From an uncultured Planctomycetales bacterium (GTDB lineage: Bacteria > Omnitrophota > Gorgyraeia > Zapsychrales > JBDRMG01), in contig CAYZIY010000002.1 in the NCBI GenBank assembly GCA_964478715.1, positions 113,068 through 177,067 of the forward strand: a stretch of 64,000 bases of DNA, written 5' to 3'. Within the stretch, counting starts at the first letter, position 1, and every line of letters starts with the position of its first letter. The position numbers and the translations under genes were made by a program. Below the pieces are notes generated by a model that saw only the letters and a program-made list of their open reading frames with translations, was not told the DNA's origin and did not search any database. This document shows, one piece after another, positions 10,047 through 21,750 of the stretch.

Positions 10047-11261
10047 ATGAATCTTGAAAGCACTCAAGTTCTTTATATTGCATATGGGGGGATCATGCAA
10101 AATGTTTTTGATTCTCAAGTATTACAGTATGTGAAGTGCCTGAGGGAACGCAATGTCGGAATTACATTAATTGTTTTTGATCAATTTAATAAGATTTTCT
10201 TAAAAGAATATTTCCAAAAGAGAAAGAAGATCAAGGAAGATCTCGGCGAGCATGTTTATTGTATGTTTAGATTACCTCTCATGGGACGTTTCAGCGTTCA
10301 GATTGATGCGTTTAGACTACATTTATATTTTAAGAAACATTTTCAATCTAAATACAAGAAGATTATATTTCATTGTCGTAATTTATGGGCATCTTATCTT
10401 GCTTTGAAAAGTATAAAAAACAAGGAGAATATATTTCACGTTTTAGCGGATATCAGAGGAGATCAAATAGCAGAATATCGATGCTATTACCCAGATTCGC
10501 TACTCACCAGATGGAAAATAAAAGAACTTCAATTAGTGGGGCATTACACTTGCAAGCACGTAACAAAATTGTTTTGTGTTTCCTCAGTTTTGGCAGAAAC
10601 TTTGGAGAAAAAATATTGTATCAATACGGATGATATTATTGTGGTGCCGACATGCGTCGATCATAGAATATATTCATCTAACTATGATTCAAGAAAGGCT
10701 CTGAGAAAGAAACTTGGCATTGCCGATAAGTTTGTTATTGTTTACAACGGAGGGCTGCAGGGGTGGCAAAACTTCGAAGGCCTCATCCAGATAGCGACAA
10801 AAATCAGTCAGATAGATAGCACCACATTTTTCTTTGTTTTAACAAAAGATGTTTCTACAGCAAAAACATATCTTGAAAAACATTCTTTTCCAAAAGAACA
10901 GTATAAGGTTATGAATTTGCAATATGGTAAAATGGCGAAATTTCTATCGTGCGGCGATCTCGGGCTGCTTGTTAGAAAGCAGAATGATGTGAATAAAGTT
11001 GCAAGCCCAACAAAATTTGCCGAATATCTCGCATGCGGAATGCCAGTATTGGTGAGTCCGAATATCGGTGATACGGAATCAATCATCAAGAATGAAAATG
11101 TTGGTTTCGTTTTAGGAAATGATTTGCAGTTAGCAGCCTTACTGAAGAGGATAAAAGATGATCGTGAAGCCCTTGCAGCTGATTGCATGAAGGTCGCAAT
11201 GAAATATTATGACTTAGAGACCTATCTTGATCAAATTCAGAATATTTATGATTCAATATAG
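10047..11261 (+). CDS. GT4 glycosyltransferase
   Basis: FDSQVLQY, YNGGLQGWQ, NKVASPTKFAEYLACGMPV. Confidence 0.85.
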   Translation: MNLESTQVLYIAYGGIMQNVFDSQVLQYVKCLRERNVGITLIVFDQFNKIFLKEYFQKRKKIKEDLGEHVYCMFRLPLMGRFSVQIDAFRLHLYFKKHFQSKYKKIIFHCRNLWASYLALKSIKNKENIFHVLADIRGDQIAEYRCYYPDSLLTRWKIKELQLVGHYTCKHVTKLFCVSSVLAETLEKKYCINTDDIIVVPTCVDHRIYSSNYDSRKALRKKLGIADKFVIVYNGGLQGWQNFEGLIQIATKISQIDSTTFFFVLTKDVSTAKTYLEKHSFPKEQYKVMNLQYGKMAKFLSCGDLGLLVRKQNDVNKVASPTKFAEYLACGMPVLVSPNIGDTESIIKNENVGFVLGNDLQLAALLKRIKDDREALAADCMKVAMKYYDLETYLDQIQNIYDSI

Positions 11262-11310
11262 TGTAAATGAAATCGATATCTCATTTTTAAATTAAATTCT
11301 AAAAAATGGC

Positions 11311-12411
11311 ATGCCCATGAAAGGAATCGAATCACAGAAATATAGAAAAGTTAGATTAGGAGTATGCCTACGACTTCACAACAAGCAGGCGGCTGAGCAT
11401 CTTAAGCCACTTCTTGACCATCCTTCTGTTACCAAGCTTCACATTGTCCGCCATGAGCCGATCAAGGGCCTGGCGTCATCAAAGGTTCAATATTACATTA
11501 TTAATAATAAAATGAAATGTCGTCGATTTTTTCTCATGTACCAAAAATGCAAGGAATTAGTCAGGAATAATCAAGTTGACGCATTTGTTTCCTTTAACCC
11601 AATTCCGTATGGATGTATTTCAGCCCTAGCTTCAAGATCAAAGAATATCCCTTTTCATTTTGGATTCATTGGTAGCGATTGGTACGGAAATTCGCAGTCA
11701 TTATTCTGGAGAATATTCAAATCGCTACTTAAAAAAGCTAGCTTTATAACAGTGACCGGAAAAAGTATGCTTAACCAAACAATCAGCATGGGTTTAAATC
11801 CAGAAAATATCGCTGTTTTACCGCATTCTATTGATCTTGAGCGATTTCAGATTTGTGATCAAGGAGTTAAGAAATATAATTTTATTTTCGTTGGTCAACT
11901 AATTAAACGTAAGCGTGTCGATCTCATCCTGCAAGCTTTGAGCATGATTAGAAAAGAATATCAGAATACAAAATTGTGCATTGTTGGGGATGGTCCATTA
12001 CGAAAGGCTTTAGAACAACAAGTGCGGCGGCTTGCGTTAACCGATGCAGTCGACTTTATTGGGCAAACGGATTCCGTACAAAACTATCTTAATCAGGCTA
12101 AGATTTTAGTCATGGCATCTGATATGGAAGGATTTCCATTTGCTATAGTTGAAGCGCTTTGTTCTGGGCTCGTACCAGTAAGCACAAGAACAGGAACCAT
12201 CGATGATGTGCTGATTGATGGCAAGAGTGGATTTATCGTTGAGTGCAGGGATGTCAATGGTTTGGCGAATAGTATGGTTCGTTTGCTTAAGGATCACAAT
12301 TTATATCAACAAATGCAGGAGGACATTTTCAAGCTGAGAAAAGACTATACTTATGAGAAGGCAACAGACATTTGGGATCAGTGGTTAAGTAAGCTAGAAA
12401 AAACAAGCTAG
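11311..12411 (+). CDS. GT4 glycosyltransferase
   Basis: FVGQLIKRK, IVGDGPLR, SDMEGFPFAIVEA (E-x7-E). Confidence 0.9.
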   Translation: MPMKGIESQKYRKVRLGVCLRLHNKQAAEHLKPLLDHPSVTKLHIVRHEPIKGLASSKVQYYIINNKMKCRRFFLMYQKCKELVRNNQVDAFVSFNPIPYGCISALASRSKNIPFHFGFIGSDWYGNSQSLFWRIFKSLLKKASFITVTGKSMLNQTISMGLNPENIAVLPHSIDLERFQICDQGVKKYNFIFVGQLIKRKRVDLILQALSMIRKEYQNTKLCIVGDGPLRKALEQQVRRLALTDAVDFIGQTDSVQNYLNQAKILVMASDMEGFPFAIVEALCSGLVPVSTRTGTIDDVLIDGKSGFIVECRDVNGLANSMVRLLKDHNLYQQMQEDIFKLRKDYTYEKATDIWDQWLSKLEKTS

Positions 12412-12421
12412 AAAAAATCTC

Positions 12422-12449
12422 TTGACAAAAAATTTTTTTCGTGTAAATT
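12422..12449 (+). promoter_or_regulatory. Sigma70-type promoter of groESL
   Basis: TTGACA at 12422 and TAAATT at 12444 (16-nt spacer). Confidence 0.65.
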
Positions 12450-12474
12450 AGCACTCTTAGAGGATGAGTGCCAA
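12448..12474. promoter_or_regulatory. CIRCE element (HrcA operator)
   Basis: TTAGCACTC-N9-GAGTGCCAA, one mismatch to the consensus TTAGCACTC-N9-GAGTGCTAA, directly upstream of groES. Confidence 0.95.
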
Positions 12475-12562
12475 TTCAATTCGCGCTTCTAATTTACGTC
12501 GTCTCTCAATGAAACGATAGAGGACTCCGTAAATTAAGCGCTCATTAAAAAAAGGAGGAGAT

Positions 12563-14538
<1,976 letters not shown>

Positions 14539-14566
14539 TCCCGCCTTGTTGATGAAGAAAAAAATG

Positions 14567-14600
14567 ACGGGCAGGGGCCTAAAGGCCCCTGCCCGTTTTT
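14567..14600 (+). terminator. Rho-independent terminator of groESL
   Basis: ACGGGCAGGGGCCT-AA-AGGCCCCTGCCCGT followed by TTTT. Confidence 0.9.
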
Positions 14601-14629
14601 CTTATCTTCTTATCTTCCGATATAAACTA

Positions 14630-14658
14630 TTGACAAAATCCTCTTTCATTATTATATT
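14630..14658 (+). promoter_or_regulatory. Sigma70-type promoter of guaB3-guaA
   Basis: TTGACA-N17-TATATT. Confidence 0.7.
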
Positions 14659-14718
14659 AAAACCCTATAATTCCTGAAAAATGATAAATTCTAAGAATTC
14701 TAAAGCGGAGGTATCCAT

Positions 14719-15879
14719 ATGGCTGAATGGATTGGCATAGGTCGCAGAGCGCGAAGATGTTACGGTTTTGATGAAGTAGCCTTGGTTCCAAAAAATTTAA
14801 CCGTAAATCCCGATGAAGTGGATGCAACCTGGAAGCTTGGCAAGTTCAAATTCAAAGTACCCATCTTGGCGGCCGCTATGGATGGTGTTGTCGGCGTTAA
14901 ATTTGCGATCGAAATGGGCAAGCTGGGGGGAGTGGCCGTCCTTAATTTAGACGGTGTTCAAACTCGCTATGATAATCCGTTGAAAGTTCTTAATCAAATT
15001 GCCAAGGCCTCTCCCGCTGAAGCCACCAAATTGGTGCAAAGCGTTTATACAAAACCTGTTAAAGAAAAACTCATTGCCAAACGGATTCAAGAAATAAAAA
15101 AAGCCAAAGTTCCAGCGGTCGTCAGTTGTATTCCCCAAAACGCGGAGAAATTCCACAGAGTGGCCCAGGATGCCGGCTGTGATATTTTTGTGGTACAGTC
15201 TACGGTCGCATCAACCCAGCACATTTCCAAATCATACAAGATTCTTAAAATGGATAAATTCTGTCAATCTAGTCAGATTCCGATTATCATTGGAAATTCC
15301 GTGACCTATGATGTGGCTCTCGAGTTGATGGAGGCTGGAGCCGCCGGGTTGTTGATCGGGGTCGGTCCCGGCGCGGCTTGCACCACCCGAGGAGTTTTGG
15401 GTATCGGCGTTCCTCAAATTACCTCTACCGTTGATTCCTGCGCGGCTCGGGATTATTTCTATAAAAAGACAGGAAAATATGTCGCCATCATTACCGACGG
15501 TGGAATGAGAATCGGTGGGGATATCTGCAAGGCCTTTGCCGCCGGAGCCGATGCGGTGATGGTCGGCAGTGCCTTTGCCCGGGCCAAGGAATCTCCCGGA
15601 AAGGGATATCACTGGGGCATGGCTACCTCTCATGCCAATTTACCCAGAGGAACCCGTATTCAAGTCGGTACCAGTGGAACTCTTAAAGAGATTCTTTTCG
15701 GACCAGCCCAAGTCGATGACGGATCTCAGAATCTGGTCGGTGCTTTACAGACATCCATGGGGTCTTTGGGAGCCAGCAGTATCCAAGAAATGCATGATGT
15801 GGAAATCATTATCGCGCCATCCATTCAAACAGAAGGTAAAATTTTCCAGGTTGGCCAAAGAGTCGGAATGGGTAAATAA
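14719..15879 (+). CDS. guaB: GuaB3-family IMP dehydrogenase (no CBS domains)
   Basis: IGIGRRARRCYGFDEVALVP, AAMDGVV, GVGPGAACTTR (catalytic Cys), DGG; upstream of guaA. Confidence 0.9.
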   Translation: MAEWIGIGRRARRCYGFDEVALVPKNLTVNPDEVDATWKLGKFKFKVPILAAAMDGVVGVKFAIEMGKLGGVAVLNLDGVQTRYDNPLKVLNQIAKASPAEATKLVQSVYTKPVKEKLIAKRIQEIKKAKVPAVVSCIPQNAEKFHRVAQDAGCDIFVVQSTVASTQHISKSYKILKMDKFCQSSQIPIIIGNSVTYDVALELMEAGAAGLLIGVGPGAACTTRGVLGIGVPQITSTVDSCAARDYFYKKTGKYVAIITDGGMRIGGDICKAFAAGADAVMVGSAFARAKESPGKGYHWGMATSHANLPRGTRIQVGTSGTLKEILFGPAQVDDGSQNLVGALQTSMGSLGASSIQEMHDVEIIIAPSIQTEGKIFQVGQRVGMGK

Positions 15880-15894
15880 GATAAAAAAGGTTGG

Positions 15895-17649
15895 ATGAGA
15901 ATGAAAAAGAAAAAGACGGTCAAAAAGAAAAAGAAATCAACCGCCTCAAACAGCAAAAAAAGGGTTCGCGCTAAAATGACCCCAGCCAAAAAAACAAAAA
16001 AGGCGAAAACAAGAACAAATTTCCGCAGTAAACGGTTTATCCGCGGACTGATCCGGGGCAAGGCATCTGCGCGTTTTTCCAAGAAAGTCTACCGGCCGGT
16101 TCGTCATCGTTCGAAAGATGTCATTTTGGTTCTTGATTTTGGCAGTCAATACACGCAATTGATTGCACGGCGTATCAGAGAAAACAAAGTTTTTAGCCGG
16201 ATCGTTCCGTTTAATATTTCCATGGAAGAAATCGAGAAGATCAATCCACGGGGCGTTATTTTTTCAGGCGGACCCCAAAGTGTTTACGATAAAAATGCGC
16301 CGATGCCGCACAAGGATATTTTCAAACTCGGGAAACCGATTTTCGGTATCTGCTATGGGATGCAGGTGATGGCGTATATGCTCAGTGGCAAGGTTAAATC
16401 GACATCCGAGAGAGAGTACGGCCGGGCCGAGCTTTTTATTGACCGCAATCGGACTCTATTTGAAAATCTGCCCAGTAATATTACATGCTGGATGAGTCAC
16501 GGCGATGAAATCAAGAAGCTTCCTTCTGGTTTTAAAGTCTTGGCGCACACGCTCAATAATCCGATCGCCGCAATTGGCCATACGTCCAAAAAAATGTTTG
16601 GTGCTCAATTTCATCCGGAAGTCGTTCATACCCAAAGAGGCAATCAGGTTTTAACGAATTTTATCTTCCAGATTTGCGGTTGTTTGCCGCGATGGACCAT
16701 GGATCGATTCATTCATGAGAATGTTAAAAATATTAAAGAAATGGTTGGTGATAAACATGTGGTGATGGGTTTAAGCGGTGGGGTGGATTCATCGGTGACG
16801 GCTGTTTTGATTCAAAAAGCTATTGGCAAAAAACTTCATTGCATCTTGATCGACAATGGCTTGTTGCGCAAAAATGAAGCCGAGGCGGTTTCCAAGGCTT
16901 TTAAGGGTCATTTCAAGATGAATTTAATGGTGATCAATGCGCAAAAACGGTTTTTAATTCGTCTTAAGAATGTCGAGGACCCCGAACAGAAAAGAAAAAT
17001 TATCGGCGATGAATTTATCAAGGTCTTTCAAGAGGCCGCTAGGAAGATTAAACAGGTTGACTTTCTCGGTCAGGGGACGCTTTATCCCGATGTGATCGAG
17101 TCCGTCTCGGCTTTCGGCGGTCCGACAGCCACCATCAAAAGTCATCATAATGTGGGGGGGCTGCCCAAAACCATGAAGCTCAAACTGATTGAACCGCTGC
17201 GCGATCTCTTTAAAGATGAGGTCAGACGCTTGGGGGCAAGTCTCGGTCTTCCCGATCAGATTTTAAAACGTCAGCCGTTTCCGGGTCCGGGATTGGCCAT
17301 TCGCATTATAGGCGATGTCACTCAGGAAAGACTAGATATCCTTAAAGAGGCCGATGAAAGGGTATTGGATGAAATCAAAAAAGCCGGATTGTACGATGAA
17401 ATATGGCAGGCCTTTGCAGTCCTGTTACCCGTGAAGTCAGTCGGTGTGATGGGCGATAAAAGGACATATGAAAATGCGGTGGCCTTGCGGTGCGTCACTA
17501 GCTCCGATGGGATGACGGCTGACTGGGTTAAGTTGCCTTATGAAGTGCTGGGGCGCATTGCCAATAGGATTATTAACGAAGTCCAGGGTATCAATCGCGT
17601 TGTTTATGATATTAGTTCCAAACCGCCCTCGACTATTGAGTGGGAATAA
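15895..17649 (+). CDS. guaA: GMP synthase (glutamine-hydrolysing) with Lys-rich N-terminal extension
   Basis: [51 protein letters not shown]. Confidence 0.97.
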   Translation: MRMKKKKTVKKKKKSTASNSKKRVRAKMTPAKKTKKAKTRTNFRSKRFIRGLIRGKASARFSKKVYRPVRHRSKDVILVLDFGSQYTQLIARRIRENKVFSRIVPFNISMEEIEKINPRGVIFSGGPQSVYDKNAPMPHKDIFKLGKPIFGICYGMQVMAYMLSGKVKSTSEREYGRAELFIDRNRTLFENLPSNITCWMSHGDEIKKLPSGFKVLAHTLNNPIAAIGHTSKKMFGAQFHPEVVHTQRGNQVLTNFIFQICGCLPRWTMDRFIHENVKNIKEMVGDKHVVMGLSGGVDSSVTAVLIQKAIGKKLHCILIDNGLLRKNEAEAVSKAFKGHFKMNLMVINAQKRFLIRLKNVEDPEQKRKIIGDEFIKVFQEAARKIKQVDFLGQGTLYPDVIESVSAFGGPTATIKSHHNVGGLPKTMKLKLIEPLRDLFKDEVRRLGASLGLPDQILKRQPFPGPGLAIRIIGDVTQERLDILKEADERVLDEIKKAGLYDEIWQAFAVLLPVKSVGVMGDKRTYENAVALRCVTSSDGMTADWVKLPYEVLGRIANRIINEVQGINRVVYDISSKPPSTIEWE

Positions 17650-17651
17650 GA

Positions 17652-17850
17652 TAAAATCAAAATGTAAAAAGCAAAAATTAAAATGGTCGGGATATATTTG
17701 GCCATTAAAAGTAGACTTGTAATTCAATCCTGCCTGCAAAAAAATTCGCGTCTCTTTTCAAAAATTGATATAATAGCCCATCATTTTTAAATGGAGTTTC
17801 TTTTTCAATTTTAGTTTTCTGTTTTTTATTTTTGAATTTTAATTTTTTAT
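17652..17850. repeat. Degenerate 7-nt-period A-tract and T-tract arrays in inverted arrangement
   Basis: AAAATCA/AAATGTA/AAAAGCA/AAAATTA near 17652-17685 and TTTTCAA/TTTTAGT/TTTCTGT/TTTTTAT/TTTTGAA/TTTTAAT near 17802-17850. Confidence 0.5.
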
Positions 17851-17856
17851 ATTTCT

Positions 17857-20800
17857 ATGATTTATCATTCCGATTTTGTCCATCTGCATGTTCACACGCA
17901 ATACAGTCTTCTAGATGGAGGCTGCCGTATCCCGGAACTCATGCAAAAGGCTTCCGATTTGCGTATGCCCGCTATTGCCATGACCGATCACGGAAATCTA
18001 TTTGGCACCATCGATTTTTATCAAAAAGCCATCAAATATGGAGTGAAACCGATTATCGGCTGTGAAATGTATTTAGCGCCGGGGAGCCGTTTTGAGAAAA
18101 GACCGGGAGTGGGTGCCTCAGGCCATATCGTTTTATTATGCAAAGACGAAGAAGGCTATCGCAATCTTCTCAAGCTGGTTTCCATGGGGTATTTGGAAGG
18201 TTTTTACTATAAGCCGCGCATCGATAAAGAGATTCTTCAAAAACATCATAAAGGCTTGATCGCTTTGTCGGCTTGTCTTAAGGGTGAGGTCTCATCGCAT
18301 ATAATCGAAGGACGCTTAGAGGCTGCTACGTTGATTGCCGATGAATACCGCCAGATCATGGGTGAGGGAAATTTTTATTTGGAGATGATGGAAAATGGTA
18401 TTCTTGAACAAAAAATGGCGAATAAAGGCTTGATGGAGATCTCCAAGAAATTAGGAATTCCGGTTGTGGCTACCAATGATATTCACTACATTGAACGATT
18501 TCAGTCATCGGCCCATGAAGCGCTTTTGTGCATCCAGACGCAGGCCACTTTAGATGACCCCAAGCACATGCGCATGCAGACAGATGAATTCTATTTTAAA
18601 ACGCCTGAAGAAATGAAGAAGCTGTTTACCTATTGCCCTGAAGCGATTAAAAAAACGATTGAGATCGCTGAGAAATGCAATCTGGAAATGAATTTTAATA
18701 AGATCCACCTTCCGCGTTATGACCCGCCCGGTGGAATAACCAAAGAAGTTTTTCTCAGAGAACTTTGTGAGGAAGGTTTATCCAGACGTTACGAAACCAA
18801 GACCCCCCAGCTCAAAGAACGATTAGAGCATGAACTTAAGATCATCAAAGAAATGGGCTTTGTTAGCTACTTCTTAATTGTCTGGGATTTTATCCATTAT
18901 GCCAAGCAGAATAAGATTCCCGTCGGTCCGGGCCGTGGGTCTGCGGCGGGAAGTTTGGTCAGCTATCTGCTTGAAATCACAGATTTAGATCCGCTGCGTT
19001 ATGGCCTGTTCTTTGAGCGTTTCTTAAATCCTGAACGCATGGGAATGCCGGATATCGATATTGATTTTTGTTATGAGCGGCGTAATGAAGTGATTGAATA
19101 TGTCACTAATAAATATGGAAAGAATAATGTGGCCCAGATTATTACCTTTGGAACGATGCAGGCCCGTGCCGCGATTCGCGATGTTGGCCGTGTCATGGGC
19201 GTTCCTTACGGGGATGTCGATAAAATCGCCAAAATGGTGCCGCCGGATCCCAGCATAAAACTGAAACAGGCTGTCCAGATTGAGCCGCAGTTGAAGAAGC
19301 TTTATGACGAAGACGAGCGGGCCAAGCGTATTATTGATACGGCTATGGTTCTCGAAGGTCTGAACCGTCATGCGTCTATTCATGCGGCGGGTGTGGTGAT
19401 TTCCGATAAGCCTCTGACAGAATACGTTCCGCTTTTTAAGACTAGCGATGATCAGATCACGACCGGCTTCTCGATGGACGGGATTGCCAAAATCGGTCTG
19501 CTCAAAATGGATTTCCTAGGCTTGCGCAATCTGACGGTTATCAGCAAGGCTATTAAAATCATCAAGGAAACAAAAGGTATTGATATTGATAGTAGAAATA
19601 TCCCTTTAGATGATCAAACAACCTTTCGTTTGCTGGGAGAAGCGCTTAGCCAAGGTGTTTTTCAACTGGAAAGCGGGGGAATGCGTGAACTTCTGAAGCG
19701 GATTAAACCCAACCAGTTTGAAGATCTGATTACGATATTGGCGCTTTATCGACCGGGGCCTATCGGAAGTGGCATGCTGGATGATTATATCCGCCGAAAA
19801 AAAGGCGAAGTGAATGTCCGTTATGATCACCCCAAGCTGGAGCCGATTCTTAAGGAAACTTATGGGATCATCGTTTTTCAGGAACAGGTTATGCAGATTG
19901 CAAGTATGGTGGCCGGATTCAGCCTCACCAAGGCCGATCATCTCCGAAAAGCGATGAGTAAAAAAATCCCTGATGTTATGGAGAAAATTCGTCAGGATTT
20001 TGTGGTGGGTTGTCAAAAGATAAGCAAGATTCATGAAGGTTTGGCCAACAAATTGTTTGATTTAATTGATTATTTCTCCGGATATGGTTTTAATCGAAGC
20101 CATAGCGCGGCTTATGCGTTGATCAGTTATCGGACAGCTTATTTGAAAGCCAATTATCAGGTTGAGTTTATGTGCGCCTTGCTGACTTGTGAGCGTGATA
20201 ATACGGATAAAGTGGTTGAATATGTAAAAGAAGCCGAAACAATGGAGATCAAGGTGCTCCCACCTGATGTCAATGAAAGCTTTCAGGACTTTAAGGTGAT
20301 TGATGATCAAACAATCCGTTACGGTTTGCTGGCTGTAAAAAACATCGGAAGCGGCGCGATTGAAAACATTGTTCATGCCAGATCCCAAGGTTCTTTTCAA
20401 TCCTTATTTGATTTTTGTCAGCGCGTGGATTTGCGCAGTGTAAATCGAAAGGTTGTTGAAAGTTTGATCAAATGCGGTGCCTTTGATTTTTTGGGTCTGA
20501 ATCGTTCGCAATTGATGGCTGTTTGCGAACGGGCCATAAATGCGGGCGCCAAGCATCAGAAAGAAAAGGCCAGCGGGCAGTTCAGTTTTTTTGAAATGGC
20601 TGAAACCAGTGAGCATTTTCGCGATAAAATTGAAGAAATTCCGGATCTCAAGGAATGGCCCCAAGCCCAGATTCTTTCCTATGAAAAAGAGCTTTTGGGA
20701 TTTTATTTAAGTGGTCATCCTTTAACCCGTTATTCGGTTGAAGCGAAAGAATTTACGGATTTTCCAATTTCCGATTTAATCAAGGCTGTTGAAAGCCAAG

Positions 20801-21291
20801 AGGTTCGCTTGGTGGGTCTGATTGATCACGTAAAATTGACTACCACAAAAAGAACCAACGAACGGATGGCTATTTTGACAGTCGAGGATGAAACGGGGCA
20901 AACGGAAGTTGTTGTTTTTCCCTCTACCTATCCGTCTGTGGCGGCGGAACTTAAAGAGGGAACCGTTGTTCTTTTGCGCGGGCGGGTGAGTTTTCGCGAT
21001 GAGGCTCCCAAGCTGGTGGCTAATGATATCATTCCGATCGATCGCGCCTATCAGACCATTAAGTCTATCGATGTCGATTTATCGGATGTTAATGAACAAG
21101 GACTCAATCATCTCAAAGAGAAATTGGCGATGTTTCCGGGTCGAATTCCGGTCTTTTTAAGACTCAATACCAATAACCATAAAAGTGTGCAGATTTTAGT
21201 CGGAGAGGATTATTACATCACTCCGAGTTCGGATTTTATGGAAGAGTTAAAGGATATGGTGGGAGTGCAGAGCTTTTCATTCAAGCTTTGA
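17857..21291 (+). CDS. dnaE: DNA polymerase III alpha subunit
   Basis: PHP domain HLHVHTQYSLLDG, GPGRGSAAGS, PDIDID, YGFNRSH, OB domain. Confidence 0.99.
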   Translation: MIYHSDFVHLHVHTQYSLLDGGCRIPELMQKASDLRMPAIAMTDHGNLFGTIDFYQKAIKYGVKPIIGCEMYLAPGSRFEKRPGVGASGHIVLLCKDEEGYRNLLKLVSMGYLEGFYYKPRIDKEILQKHHKGLIALSACLKGEVSSHIIEGRLEAATLIADEYRQIMGEGNFYLEMMENGILEQKMANKGLMEISKKLGIPVVATNDIHYIERFQSSAHEALLCIQTQATLDDPKHMRMQTDEFYFKTPEEMKKLFTYCPEAIKKTIEIAEKCNLEMNFNKIHLPRYDPPGGITKEVFLRELCEEGLSRRYETKTPQLKERLEHELKIIKEMGFVSYFLIVWDFIHYAKQNKIPVGPGRGSAAGSLVSYLLEITDLDPLRYGLFFERFLNPERMGMPDIDIDFCYERRNEVIEYVTNKYGKNNVAQIITFGTMQARAAIRDVGRVMGVPYGDVDKIAKMVPPDPSIKLKQAVQIEPQLKKLYDEDERAKRIIDTAMVLEGLNRHASIHAAGVVISDKPLTEYVPLFKTSDDQITTGFSMDGIAKIGLLKMDFLGLRNLTVISKAIKIIKETKGIDIDSRNIPLDDQTTFRLLGEALSQGVFQLESGGMRELLKRIKPNQFEDLITILALYRPGPIGSGMLDDYIRRKKGEVNVRYDHPKLEPILKETYGIIVFQEQVMQIASMVAGFSLTKADHLRKAMSKKIPDVMEKIRQDFVVGCQKISKIHEGLANKLFDLIDYFSGYGFNRSHSAAYALISYRTAYLKANYQVEFMCALLTCERDNTDKVVEYVKEAETMEIKVLPPDVNESFQDFKVIDDQTIRYGLLAVKNIGSGAIENIVHARSQGSFQSLFDFCQRVDLRSVNRKVVESLIKCGAFDFLGLNRSQLMAVCERAINAGAKHQKEKASGQFSFFEMAETSEHFRDKIEEIPDLKEWPQAQILSYEKELLGFYLSGHPLTRYSVEAKEFTDFPISDLIKAVESQEVRLVGLIDHVKLTTTKRTNERMAILTVEDETGQTEVVVFPSTYPSVAAELKEGTVVLLRGRVSFRDEAPKLVANDIIPIDRAYQTIKSIDVDLSDVNEQGLNHLKEKLAMFPGRIPVFLRLNTNNHKSVQILVGEDYYITPSSDFMEELKDMVGVQSFSFKL

Positions 21292-21316
21292 TTGCATCTG
21301 GATGGAAAATTTTTTA

Positions 21317-21345
21317 TTGACACCGTAAGTTCTTGCTGATACTAT
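21317..21345 (+). promoter_or_regulatory. Sigma70-type promoter of the HU/IHF gene
   Basis: TTGACA-N17-TACTAT. Confidence 0.7.
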
Positions 21346-21369
21346 ATTTAGGATTAGGAGGATGATTCT

Positions 21370-21642
21370 ATGACAAAGAAAGATATCGTATTACGAATTA
21401 CGGACATGACCGGTATCAAGCAGGTGGATGTCAAGAAAGTTGTCCAAAAAACTTTTGATGTTATTATCGACAGCTTGATTCGGTCCGAAAAGGTCGAGTT
21501 GCGCAATTTTGGTGTCTTCAAAATTAAAGAAAGACGCGCGCGCTTTGGACGCAATCCCAGAACGGGTGAAAGCGTTCCGGTTCCCCCGAGAAAAGTTGTC
21601 GTTTTTAAGCCCGGCCTGGAAATGAAAAAAAGAATCAAATAA
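21370..21642 (+). CDS. HU/IHF family DNA-binding protein (IHF-beta-like)
   Basis: MTKKDIV, ELRNFGVF, GRNPRTGE, VVFKPG. Confidence 0.93.
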   Translation: MTKKDIVLRITDMTGIKQVDVKKVVQKTFDVIIDSLIRSEKVELRNFGVFKIKERRARFGRNPRTGESVPVPPRKVVVFKPGLEMKKRIK

Positions 21643-21692
21643 AATCTTCTATTTGTTGAAGTTAGAAGAAAACAGGATATGTGTGAAATCAA

Positions 21693-21727
21693 AAGGGCGG
21701 AAAGTGCCGTTGAGCTTTTCCGCCCTT
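21693..21727 (+). terminator. Hairpin between the HU/IHF gene and hisS (possible terminator)
   Basis: AAGGGCGGAAA...TTTCCGCCCTT 11-bp stem; short U tail. Confidence 0.5.
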
Positions 21728-21750
21728 ATAAATTTTAAGGCGAAGAATGC

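Noticed and set aside
14719-15879. IMPDH lacking CBS domains
   Set aside because: Matches the known GuaB3 family
17857-21291. Intein or split in DnaE; intron in thyA
   Set aside because: Both genes have normal length and continuous motifs
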